Source: Bugula neritina | Lineage: Eukaryota; Animalia; Bryozoa | Length of the DNA: 64,000 nucleotides | NCBI GenBank assembly: GCA_964035545.1 | Contig: OZ037766.1 | Location: 15,986,722-16,050,721, forward strand | Direction of reading: 5' to 3' | Part shown: piece after piece, positions 1 through 12,882 of the stretch | Layout of the letters: every line of letters begins with the position of its first letter | How positions within the stretch are numbered: the stretch's first letter is position 1 | Notes under the pieces: model-generated | What the model was told of the DNA's origin: nothing | The model's database searches: none | What the model saw: the letters and a program-made list of their open reading frames with translations, nothing else | Program-made: the position numbers and the translations under genes

Positions 1-859
1 AATATATGTCGTATTCAATTTAATACTATTTGAAGTTTAAAACATTGTAGCTGCATTTAGATATTAGAATTTGTTTTTGTATTTGCTTGTGGCATTGCAG
101 CTCATTTAAAAGTTGAAACTTCCAATTATATTAGTCTCAATATCAATGTAATCCAACGCTTAGGTTGATGTATAGTAAATGTTATAACTAAAATTGTAGC
201 TTTAGAGTGTTTATTGTTAGCTCCAAAAATTAAAGCTCCTCAATGGTTTTTCTTGTCAATGACCGTTCCTTTTAAATATGATCAAATTTATAAGATAATA
301 AATTACATTTTTAAAAAATACTTTGGTTAGTCAAAAAAAACTTGACAGATGTAACTTATATACTGCAATAATTATATATTGTAATAATCGCATTACTTAT
401 AGAATATAATTATATATGTTATATTGGTTATGGAGTGATAAAATATTTTATTATAAATAATTGGTCAATTTGAGAAAGTTATGACCCGTGAAGTTTATAT
501 ACTGTTATAATTATATATTGCAATAATAACTTTATAATTTAATGGACACACTCATGCTTTCAGACTCAAACACACATATGTGCAAAATACAACAGTAAAA
601 TTTAGTTGCCTTTAAAATATTTTCTAGCAATAACAACATACCTTTACATTTAGTAGTAATATTTAAACAGAAAGTAAATTGTGGGTTTAAATCTGCTACA
701 AATACTGATGACCTCATTGTTGTAAGGTTTCCCATAAATTTCAAACATGCTTTCTGAATTCTATGTTATGTTTCAGCAGCTTCTTTATCTGCCCACTATT
801 AAAACACCAGAAATAATTTGCATCGACTTTTATTCATATAGTTTATACATACATATATA

Positions 860-1032
<173 letters not shown>

Positions 1033-1460
1033 AGATAATGCACACACACACATATATATGTATACATCTCAATTTGCGGACAGCAGCTGTTTCAGGTCTT
1101 ATATTTATAATAAATACATATATACAGTTGTATTATCCGACAATGTAATATAACTGTATACAACTATATGCTAAACCTCTATATTAACTGAGGTGTAAGA
1201 TTAGCTAAAGAATCACTACTGAATACTTTAACAAGCCATAACATTAAAATTGCTTGCACTTCACATATTAGTTTTTTAATTTTATTAATTAACTAAATAT
1301 AGAAATGCAAGTTTTCATAAATCTATATTTCATATGCTAGAGCTTTCGTAACAGCAAAAACAAAGGAATAGAAAGTTGAAATTTCTTCGTGGTAACTTTA
1401 CTACTGAAAAAATAAGTCATTATTGAATTTTTTCTATATTTCTATATGTGATGTCTTTCT

Positions 1461-4400
1461 CTATTTATAGCAAGCTCCAGGGGAATCGCCCTCAAGCCTG
1501 GCACAAGAAGCGACACAACTCCCCAATGCTGATGAAGTTGAAGATTGTAACCCCGACTTTTCTGCATCTAAAATATTAAATCAAAACTGTGTTACTATAG
1601 AAAAACTGTAAACTTCACTAAAAATTAGCTATAACTAGGTTTTCCCTGCTATCAGTTAAAGGTTTCTTATGCTGATTTATTTCTCCACTTTTTTGTATAT
1701 GGTATAAACAGTACTGCAAAAATTACTTCCTTCAATTGAATATAAATACATATATAAGCTTCATTGGCTAATTTGCATTTAACAAAAACTTTTTAATTCT
1801 AATTTTATAATGTTGAAAAATTTTCTTGCATTTTATTACACTTTGTAAAGTTACAATGTGTTTTGATTTCAACTACTGCAATAAAATGCCATCATAAAGT
1901 TGAGAGGAATGAAAGCTTGTAAAATTAGCATTCTGAAACTAAATCTTCTTTTTTTATTAAAAATTTCATCTGATTTAGTTTAATATGCTATGAGAAATCT
2001 TTGACTTGACCAGGTAAATAATGAATTGAGATGCTAAATTTAAGATTGGGCAAGTATACTAAAAATTATGATGCACTGTTACTGCTGTATTATTACAATT
2101 AAATAAAAAAGAATCCAATTGAAAATGGCTTTAAACAACAGCAAACTTGTTTTTGCAAATGCACACTATATCTTTTTCATAACAAAAATTCAGCCACCCA
2201 AGCTTAGTGAAAGTTACAAGTCATTGAGTTTTGGTTAATTATTTCAGCATGGAAGTTAATTTTAATTTTCCATGACAATTACCAAACAAATTATTTTAAC
2301 AAAGATAGCTGAAGTTTGGCATAGGCTAAAATGACGACTATAAAAAATTCACACAAGTTTATAGTCGATATCCTTGCTGGAAACCCCTGATAGAAAGGGT
2401 TTTTGTTAGATCGAGCTAAGGACTTATTCAGATAAGGCACAGGAGCAATTATGACTGGATGCTCTTCCTAACATCACCAATGGCCTTTGTCAGGTGTGAA
2501 CCCATGATTTTGTATTCACTAAGCAAACAAACACTCTAACCCCCTAGACCACGGCTGCTCCCTAAATGACGTCTATCGTTTTCAACTTGCTAAGGTTACA
2601 TACCTGCACAATTCAAAGATGTAACAGAGTGGTAGTGATCCATCATCTTGTCATATATCAAAACAATATCTGTTTCTTCACATTCGCCAAAAATTTCTGG
2701 TGCAGCTTTGTTATGCAGCACAGTAATCTTTACTTTGAAAAACTCTGATATTATAGTCAAAACCAAATCTCGGAGTTGTCTATCCCAGCAGTTGTCTGTT
2801 AGTAGACTCTTGATTGTTTGGCTATTAGCTAAGTGGCCATACTTTTCAGGACACAAGTTAGCCGTCTTGTGCACCAATAGTCGTAATGACATACTGTTTA
2901 CACACTTGTCTTGAATTTGTCTAGATATACTTTCAAAAATTGCATTGTTATTCATTGGTACCAAGTCAATTCTGAGTTCCAGCTGCTTCAGCTGTTCCTG
3001 TATGCTCCCATACACTTCTCTTGCGCAAGCTGCAATAGAAAGTGAACATTTCTTACACTTAACTTTTTTTATGATTTTCACAAATAATAATGTATTTACA
3101 AAATTTCCTCAAACCTGTTCAAGAGCAAAATGCATGCAATTCTTGCAGAACACAAGTGTACATTGTTTGATGTTTAGAGTTTGGTTAAATAAAAACTTAT
3201 ATTGCAATTTCCAATTTTAACATGATTGTCCACTATTACAATTAATATAACCTCAAAACTTGAAACTATATTTATAATTCATGCTATTAAGCTCAACGAC
3301 ACCATGATTGCAGTCAAAAAAGCTTAGTTTTATAGTAAATAGTGACACTAAATCTCACCTCCACCAGTTGGTTCCTGATTTTCAGCTGGTTTAGTAACTA
3401 CTGAAGTGGGTTTAACCAACGACTCTGGCTCGGGTGAAGTATTAGATCCTGGCAGCGTGATATTTGATGACCCACCGGCTAGCAATATAGTATTAGATCT
3501 TCCAGGAGGTGCTAGCAGTCCTGTAGCTGAATGATTAGTGGATATGGGAGATGTGTCAATGTATGGTGATATGGTAGGTGTTCTTAGCAAAGGAGTAGCA
3601 TCAGGTGATGGGTGGTGCATAGCTGGTGATGCTAAAGTACAAGCCCTTGGACAAGTTGAAATCGTAGGAAGTTGTTTCTCTTGAGTAATCAAACGGCTGG
3701 CATCGAAGTGATCATGTAAAGGATCGTGGACTAATACTATTGTACTTTCATCAATATCAAGGTTGGTGTTAGGAACATGCAATGGTGGGTTTGCATTTGA
3801 AATTATTACTATTTTTTTCCCTGTAATTTCTGCTAGAATTTTGACAACTAGCTTTTTGACACACTTGTCCCAGACTCCATTTCTCTGCAGTTTACAGAGC
3901 TTTGCAGCTAGTTCTTCAGAGCTTCCAGAGTAACACTCGGCGTATTTGGTAATATTAGTGAGTCCAGTTTCACAAACTCTTTGTCGAAGCTCCTTGTGAG
4001 TTTGCTGGCACTCTCTTGTTTGTCTTGCGACACTCTCAAATAAGCAGTTTCCGTCTGGTAAGACTGGATCAATTACACGGTTTAGTTGATAGAGCTGAGT
4101 AGAAACGGTGTCAAGAGCCTTTTTATCTAAAAGTTTATAATTGACATTTTACAATTAAACCACTAAATTTATACTGTTGAAAATAACTAAATAAATCACT
4201 AAACATGTCTTTTATAACCTAATACCTGTCTAACTAAATTAATTTTAATAGCTACATGCATTGACAATGCTGTCAAAAATACTTATCAAAAGTATTTTAT
4301 AGACAGAGTGAAAAATCTATAGTAAAACCGCTGTTTACACATTTAAACTTTTAAACACCTTACATAGAGTTTTCTTTCAGAGTTTTATTCTGTATTATTT

Positions 4401-5764
4401 TATGATGTATAAAGCTGGAATAAGTTCAAGATTTACATTAAGATCTAGATGATTTGTCATTCATCTGTTGATTCAAACTTGCTGTTTCCGTTCTGGTTAG
4501 TGCTGCACCATGAATTATTCAACATCAGCATTGTAGAAGATAACTCTCATGCACAGGATAATAATAATCGAGACAAGTGAGATATGAAAATGACTACCTT
4601 GTTTCTTTTCTTTTTGTTTATTGCGTTTTCCTGAACAGCAGACAACAGGTTCGTGCAAAAGTTTTTGATAAGGGGGAGAGTCTTTAGAGAGCAGAGTGTT
4701 TGCTTCTACGGAGGTTGGTGAACAGGACTGTTGTACTCTAGATTCTGGTCTTTCTGGGCAAGCCGAAGGTGTTAAGAACCTCTCTTCTAGTTCAGTCATT
4801 AGACCTCCCAACGCTGATACTACAGCAACAAACAAAGCGTATGCTTTAGTCATAATATGTAGCTTTCATGTAAAGTTTTAGCTTAGTTTTAGTTTTTCTA
4901 GCTGTGTCGACGTGTTGCCGTTTGCTTCCCATCAGTGGACTGCATTTTGCAATTAATTATATATATTTATGTGATCAGTAGGATGTATAATTAGTTTTGA
5001 TAAGAATATGGAATAATCACTGCGACTGTCTCAGGTTTTTGCTAATTAGGACTAAGCAATCAAAACTCTCAAAGCATAAAAACTCGAATGAAATTACATG
5101 AATTTAGTCTTGAGACAAGGCTAATTATTACACTTGTAACACTCTAATGGTAACTTGCTGAGCACTAACTTTTGAACGTAATATACTTTGCCTTTATCTT
5201 TGAATTCTCAAAGCTCAACAATTGTTTAGCGTTTATTATTTTCTTAAATAGTTTTCGTACATATGATGTTGTACTTACATAAATCATCTTTTGATTTGTC
5301 TTTTGTTGTAGTATCCAGCTTTTCACAGCTTATTAATTTTGTTTCTATAGAATATAACAACAAATCATGTCATAATTATTCAAAATATAAATTTTGTTAC
5401 ATATAACCCGTAACATATCAGAAGTTCTTTAAATTGAAGAATAAGAAAATTTGAGGCACAAATGTGAAACACTATCAGACTGACAAAGCAGCTTACACTA
5501 AAACAACAACAATCATATAACTTATGAATAGTAATTACTAATTAGCAATAATTAGTTTTGGTTCTATAGTAGGTCCCACTGGAGCAGTAATGTCACCAGA
5601 AAGTGAGCCATTATTCTGAAGTAACTTAGGACATGAGGTTTATTTAGCATGAAGTAAAGATATATTTGACAGAAATCTTTAAAATGGATATTCACTCTGC
5701 TGAAATTTTGAATTTTATAAAGATTGCTTCTCTCACCTGGCTCACACAACCATTTGGTGTCCAT
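1461..5764 (-). CDS. Tandem OTU-like protein, cluster gene 1 (Cys-containing OTU + Pro/Ser/Thr linker + pseudo-OTU)
   Basis: Predicted exons, all joined by phase-1 GT-AG introns: 5764-5737 (MDTKWLCEP, donor CAG|GTGAGA); 4126-3359 (open frame, PVLPDGNCLFESVARQ...W...VHDPLHDHFD, largely missed by the ORF track for lack of a start codon); 3029-2604 (VPMNNNAIFESISRQ...YDKMMDHYH, Cys replaced by Ala); 1567-1461 (ends TAG). The first exon is the least certain. Confidence 0.75.
2352..2563 (-). mobile_element. tRNA-derived SINE copy
   Basis: Minus strand starts GGGAGCAGCCGTGGTCTAGGGGGTTAGAG (A box) with a degenerate B box, then the body AGGAAGAGCATCCAGTCATAATTGCTCCTGTG shared with other copies in the window. 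Confidence 0.85.
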
Positions 5765-6906
5765 TTCTGTAGTTTTGGGACTTACTTCACAGTGAAAGAG
5801 ATGTAAAGTTTTATTTGAAGTGATAGTAAGATTGCCTTGATTTCGTTTTAGCTTCCTAACCAGCAGGTCTTGCAATTCAAAGTCAAAATTGACGATTATA
5901 TAAATGTTTTTTTTATAAATTTTATGAAACTTTTATGTTATGAATTTTTGAAATAGTTCCAAGTTTTTTAGAACAATTGTACATTTTTTGTTGACATAAC
6001 TTTGTATTAGCAGCTACTTTTAGCTAGTTTATAACCACACTAATAAATTTGTTAAACACTCATTCAACTTTTTCTCTTGGCTGATTTCCTCTGCATGAGC
6101 TGAAAGCTACTATATATATGTGTGTGTGTGCGTGTGTGCATGTGCGTGCGTGTAGCCTATGTACGTATGTACATATGTATGTATGTATATATAAATATAT
6201 TATACTGGTTGCTTTGCATCTTCATCAATTTGGAACTAATAAAGAGTATCAGTATACATTTCACTATTGCAATTTTGTATACTATGATTTCACAGACTCC
6301 AGTATAATCAAGCAGTCCCTGCCATTATAATAACTGTAGGTAACGCATTTGTGTTACACAGAACATGTATATTTAAAACAATTCAAATTGTTATTTCTAC
6401 AATAGCATTCTTGATTTGCCGACAGCAATTCAAATAAACATCTGTTAACTGAAAATAGTACGTTGGTTATTATTATTTTAAGCAAACACTGTTTATCTGT
6501 TCAAATAACTTTACAGCTGCATCTTTGAATATAAGCACTTTTGATTAGCAATAAGTGCAATTGTATGAAGTTTTATGATTTTATTATGTTTACATAATAC
6601 ATAGTAGACAGCCCCGACTATTGTAAAAACTTTGCATGCAGAAAATAAAGATATACTGTTACATTGATTGAAATTTAATAAATTTATTTAAAAAATACAG
6701 TGCTTCATGTTATACTAATACTTCATTAAAATAAAGACTATATTTAAAACACAAAAGTTATTATTTTTTCTTTCTAAAACAAAAAAATATCAACTTTGTG
6801 TTTTTTGTGCATGTTAATACTCCATGTAGTATTTTATCTTCAAAAATTTTTCAGCAGTTTTATAATTAATTCTAGTTAAAGATATTTATCACTGTCATAA
6901 TCATCT

Positions 6907-8979
6907 TTAGAGCTTAACTCGCTTCCTAACTTCGACTGTTTCAACATCATCGCTATCATCAGAACCTAGGAGTTGATATAAAAACATTATAACCTGCTAT
7001 TTTGAAGACATAGTAAGTATTATATACACCTAAAAATAGACTAATTCCTACCAAATTTAAAAAAGGCAAAGTAGTCATTTCATTATCACCAGCAATACTT
7101 GTAAGTTTCATTACTTATTGTGATTTAAAGTGGAGCAATGTAAATGCATATATATATCCTAAATTGATAAGAAAAATGTTATGGGCAGGTAAGTAGAGGA
7201 TGTTTTCCTATTTCAAAGTGTCCCAAGTTTATTAATTCTCATTGTTTACCAATTCTAAGTATGAAAACCTTTTGCAAACTTTTTATCCATTTTAGCATAA
7301 GAGACTGAAACTTAGCTACATTCAAGTTTAAAAATGGAAATAATTGGACATTTTTTTCTGTATTTACTTACTTTCTTTCTTTGTGGGTTTTCTGATGGAA
7401 TCATAATGATCTCCCTGCTGGCTATAGACTAGTATAATGTCTCTTGACTTCCGATCATTTGGGTACCACCTGGGATCACCATAAGCTTCAATCACACCAA
7501 TTTTCAAATTTAACCTATCTGCCAGAGCCAAGAGCACAACTGGACGAGCACCTTCTATCCATATCTTGTCTTTTATCAACTTTTGAACATCATCACGTAT
7601 TCTTTCTACTCCACCTTTTCGATAAGGTGCATATTGCTTGGCATACTTTTCAATACAATGGCAAGCTAATTTTCTCAATTCTTGTGGGGTAATGGGCTCT
7701 TTACTTTGACGGGAAATACTGACAAATATAGAATTCCCATCTCTTGGTGTTTTCTCTTTCATCACTCCAATCTGACATAGCTGTCTCTCAATGCTTCCAA
7801 ACAAATGTTGGTCATCTAAAAAGTTTTTATATAATTTGCTCTTTATTTAGCTGTTAAGTCAAAATAAACTAATTACAGTAAGCTGTCTAAATTGGCAAGA
7901 TATGACAAGCTATGTCTCACCTGGTTCTTTAAGACAATGAGATTACCTAATTGAAAAGGCTAGTAATGCTATCAAATCAATAGGAAAGAGAATTCAACTC
8001 TACATTGCTCTTTGTGACAGTTTTAATCTCACTATAAATTCTATTAAGGTAAGTAGCTTAGGGTTGCAAGTTTTCATGAGACAGAAAAATAAAGCAACTC
8101 TTATATATCTATAAAATCTAAGTTAAAATTGGAAGCATTAGTAAATGGGTATTATACAAAAATAAGAAAAGTTATCAACGTGAAATTAGATGAGACGAAT
8201 ATAATGCAAGTTATGGAAAAATAGGTTGTGGCAGTAACCGTAAGCTAAATATTTTATATATGTAAAGTAGCCTTTAGGAATCTTCTTACAGGCATTTCAG
8301 CTTAAAAACTACAAAATATTCAAAGTTTAAGCCACAAACTTATGGTCTTCATATTAAGCAATGTCATAAATACTTTGCAGGCATAAGGTAAGGCAACCTT
8401 AAATTAATTTAGCTATAAATCAAAGTTTATGAGTTTTACCTTCTTCAGATCTGTGTTCTAATGGTTCGAATTCTGTCTGCAATTGGCTTGTACAGATTTC
8501 GTCACCATTATCTTTACAAAGTATGGTACTGAAATAATGATTTTGGGTTGCTGATTGCACTATTACCACCGTATCTTGATATACTTTCCTGTCAGAACTA
8601 TAAAACATTTGAGGCGGAAAGAATGGTGAGATGACAACCATCTTCTTTTGAAGGGCTTCAGATAGTATGGTCATTACCAAGTCTCCTGCTTTAAGTTGCC
8701 AAGTTCCATCCACCATCAAGTTATTTATTTCTTGTTGAAATTTTTTGATTTGTTCATGTTTGGTTGTTTCACCTTCTTCGGCTGACCACATAAACTCAGC
8801 AAACTTATCCGAGTTTGACAGGCCATGATGACATGTAAGTTGGCGAAGAGTTGCATGATCCATGTTAGGTATTTGGTCAGCAACTGCAAGGAACAAGCAG
8901 TTTCCACCTCCCCCTACATCTACTTTCTCCCGATTTATTTCGCTCAGAACTGTATCTACACTTTTCATTTCTTTACTCA
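6907..8979 (-). CDS. Tandem OTU-like protein, cluster gene 2 (Cys-containing OTU + pseudo-OTU + basic C-terminus)
   Basis: Exons 8979-8440 (DVGGGGNCLFLAVADQ...GTW...QNHYFS), 7815-7372 (TPRDGNSIFVSISRQ...GDHYDS, Cys replaced by Ser) and 6965-6907 (SSDDSDDVETVEVRKRVKL-stop); phase-1 GT-AG introns. Start is either the in-exon ATG near 8967 or an unidentified upstream exon. Confidence 0.78.
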
Positions 8980-10321
8980 CTAAAATTATATTTTTTTATC
9001 AACACAGTTAAGTTACGTAAAATTAACTATACATAATATTTTCCTATGTTTGCCTCTAAGTTGAACACTTTAAAATTGTTTCACCATATGCTTATAAAAA
9101 TCATTGTCTGTTTGTCAGGTTTTTAAATAACAAAAACCACTTTGCTTTTAGTAATTTACTATAAAATAAAGGCCATCTATATTTAAATTACACAAGCGCC
9201 TAACATTCTTGCATAATTAAACCCAATGCTCTTTTATAGGCATGTAAATATTTTACTAGACATAAAAATATAACTTGATGTTTGTAGCTCAACAGTTTTT
9301 ATAGCAAATTTAGGCTACTTTATAGTTTCTTATTTGTTCACTTTGCACTATGACTTGTATATGACTTACACACTCAAAATTAAAGCAATAAAGTAAATAT
9401 AACATATTATATAATTATTGTGTTACAATAGTGTCTGGTCTGCTAGCTCTGATACCCACTGAAAGACCATGAATAATATCACTGATAAAGTCCTTGCTAA
9501 CAAAAATTTGGGGCTATAATATGTTTAACAGTATTCAGTATTATGTAAGCAGCTACGACAGAAAAGGCACACTTGTGAAGTTTATTGTTTTGCAACATCT
9601 ACAAATTTGAAACATACCGTCACCTATAATTCTTTCAATAATGGATCTAAGTTATCACAATTCGCAGTGTTATGTTATCGTATAGAAGTTACTCACCAGC
9701 TAGCCAAGTTTTAAGTGATCAGCAACTGATTATCTACATCCTAGGCTAATTATAGCTATCATACTTTATAGCTGCATTGCAATGCATACTATTTATTGTA
9801 AAGCTCTACAGCTTCTATCAGTGCTTGATCATGTACACATAATACAGTAGACCATAACAATACGCAACTACAATAGTTTGTTTATTATTTTACACTGCAA
9901 TACCCTTGGCTTAGAAGTGATAGAAAAGCTCAAACTTTAAACTTGTTAGTGTCAAACTTACAGTGCATCAGTAAAATTCAAGTTATAAATACTCCACTAT
10001 ATTAAACTGTAATATTTGTATGGATAATTGCAAATTTAGTTTAAGTATACCTATTATATTCTATTTATTAAAATCGTAATTTGGATAGAGCAAAACATCG
10101 CAGTCTAGTTTCTAAACTACTCTGATAACTATCACTTATATATATCACTTTAATATAGAAAGTTTTTTTTATCAAACTTGTATCTTTGAAAGATGAACAT
10201 TAGTGTTTTGTGAATAGCTAAATAAATGTTTCAAAGATGAAACTCAAAGCATTGGTTTAGCAGCCATGTCTTTGCAGTAATAGGTTAGTTCATGAGAGCA
10301 ATATAAGTATTTAGTAGCAGC

Positions 10322-10425
<104 letters not shown>

Positions 10426-11961
10426 CAAATATTATAACATAGTATATGCCATCACTGTCTTACATTCATAATATGCAACTTTTCCAGATGCTCCAAACTC
10501 TTCTCCAGAAGCTAAAAAAGTTGAAAAATTGCTCAACGATGTTATAAACAATGGCTAATATGAGATGACATTTAATAAGCAATTACAATAGTGTAACACT
10601 GTCAGACCCATGAAATGGATTGCAAAATTAATAAACACAAACATCTTTATAGATATTTATAAAAGTTAAGACAAGCTAAGTTTTGGCAAAGTTTAAATAG
10701 TGAGTCAAAAATTGAAGTATCAAGATTTACCATGTTGTGTATTAGAGTAGTGTATTAGAGTATACTGTGAAACAGTAGTGTAGTGGAGTAATGTATTAGA
10801 GTCTTATAATGCAGTTTATTGCTTAATGCAGGTTATGGTTATCACCTCTAATTTATAAACAGTACTTATAATAATATATTGATTACCAGGCATTTTTGAA
10901 GACATGATGAAAACCTGGAGCTCCGTTAACTTCAAGTGCTCAGTTTATTCATTAAAGCACATTTATAGAATACCCAGCCAGCTGGTTTGTTTCTAAGAGA
11001 AAAATAATTTTTCATCATTATTGATTACTAATTTTTCACATGAATAATAAGTATACATTGAGCATCACATAACTATTTATGCTAATAATAAATTTTACTC
11101 ATACAACTTATACCACTATAACTATAAGTTAAGCAATATAATATTTGTAGGAATTACCCAAATTTATAGTCTTTTAAGGCGAATGGAGAACTAAACTGAA
11201 GCCATTTGGTTAGATTATTTTTATTTTGTAAGAAGGAAAAAGCTACATAATCAAAACACCAGAATAAATTCTTGCAATGCCACAAATTTTAGCCTCCTAA
11301 AATAATATTATGTATTTGTTGCTAAATTATTTACTGAGAAGTTATCAAATGCACAGTGCACTTTGTCTTGCTGTATCTATAACATCAATATGTTTAATTT
11401 TTTGCAAGAAACTCAATGTTGATTTATGTGCATACAATTTCCAATCTGACAATCAGCATCAAAATATAAGCTTATGCTAGTTCATTAAATACATTTTACT
11501 TTGCAAATAAATTTTCTGCACATTTGACATGTTGTATATAATGTATAAGCCTGTGTGTGCGTATATACACATGCATATATAAGATAAACACAAACAAATT
11601 CAGCCGTTATATTATAAGATATTTATCTGTTAGCGATGATTATAATTTTAAATCAATAATAACATTATGTTATATAAATTCTAATGATATTCTAGAAGAG
11701 AGAACCTGTGGTCCGGTAGCTACAGGTACTAGTTTAGATCAGCATAGTCATTTGTAATATCAAAAAACTATTCAGGTATAATTGCTAGCATAAATTCTTT
11801 AAGCCATGCTTTCAGCATAGTCTGGGGCAGTGCCAAAAAGCCCTTGCCACCAAAGTTTTTAAATGGTCCACAGCTGCAAGCAACCATGAAGCTTACGTCA
11901 GTGATACAAAATAACCGATGCTGTATGATAAAATATAGTATATTATAATCACATCCATTCA

Positions 11962-12500
11962 AGAGCAGCCATGATTTAGTGCAGGGGTGCCCAGCCTTTT
12001 CGGAGCAAGGGCCACTGAATTGGAATATTTCATGGAGAGGGCAACATTGTAAAATTTAGCTTCAGCTATTAAGTCCCAATAATTACTATAGGATGCATGT
12101 TTTTAGCATATTATATAAAAATAAAACATTTAAAAGGTAGTTTTCTCCCACTTTAATTCATATTATGCATGCACAAAAGAATATTATCTGTTATGTCCTT
12201 GAGAGCCACACACATGTAGGCTGGGGGCCACATCTGGCCCTGGGGCTGCTTGTTAGACAGCCCTGGTCTAGTGGTTAGATTGTTGGCTTAGTAAACATGA
12301 AGTCATATGTAGATTCGAACCCCCTCCCTCCCCTCCCCCTCCCCCCCTCTAAAGGCCATGGCTGTTGGTGATTTTAGGAAGAGCACCCAGTCATTATTGC
12401 TTTTGTGCCACATACGAATAAGTCCTTAGCCCAATTTAAAAACAAACTTTTCATCAGGATTTTCTCACAGGGATAGTGACTACAAACGTGAGTTTTATAT
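11962..12500 (+). mobile_element. tRNA-derived SINE interrupted by a hAT-like MITE
   Basis: SINE head AGAGCAGCCATG at 11962 resumes at 12266 (GTCTAGTGGTTAG...GATTCGAACCC...AGGAAGAGCACCCAGTCAT...CTCACAGGGATAG). Confidence 0.8.
11982..12265 (+). mobile_element. hAT/Charlie-like MITE
   Basis: Termini CAGGGGTGCCCAG...TTAGACAGCCCTG; degenerate 8-bp TSD ATTTAGTG/GTCTAGTG; related shorter copy at 60962-61050. Confidence 0.75.
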
Positions 12501-12882
12501 ATAATGATATCCAGTGTTTCACATTGATGGAAGATGCTCTAAACATGAACATATAATATGATGGTACTGTGCAGGGTAATGATAGACAGGTGAGAATGAT
12601 ATCCATTGCTCCATAAAATAGAAATGTATTTGACTGCCTGAAATTAAAGTGAAAATACAATTTGAAACATTTGTGCCAAAATGTTTAAGAAAAAGCCCTT
12701 CTTTTTTCCCCAAGCTAAATACTGCCAAATGATATAACTATATCCATACTGTTAATATACTTCACAAGTGTAGAAATGCATATTGTGATCTTCATGAATT
12801 ATACAAAACTAGCAATAAAAAATGTGTTTGAAAATTGTTGGAAAATGCTGAAATAATATTTTTTTGTATTATCAGCTAGAAC

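Noticed and set aside
4515-4853. 112-aa minus-strand ORF with a hydrophobic N-terminus and a possible phase-1 donor at 4598
   Set aside because: No recognisable homology and a weak donor (GTAGTC). The 5764-5737 exon is a better leader for gene 1. An alternative first exon cannot be excluded.
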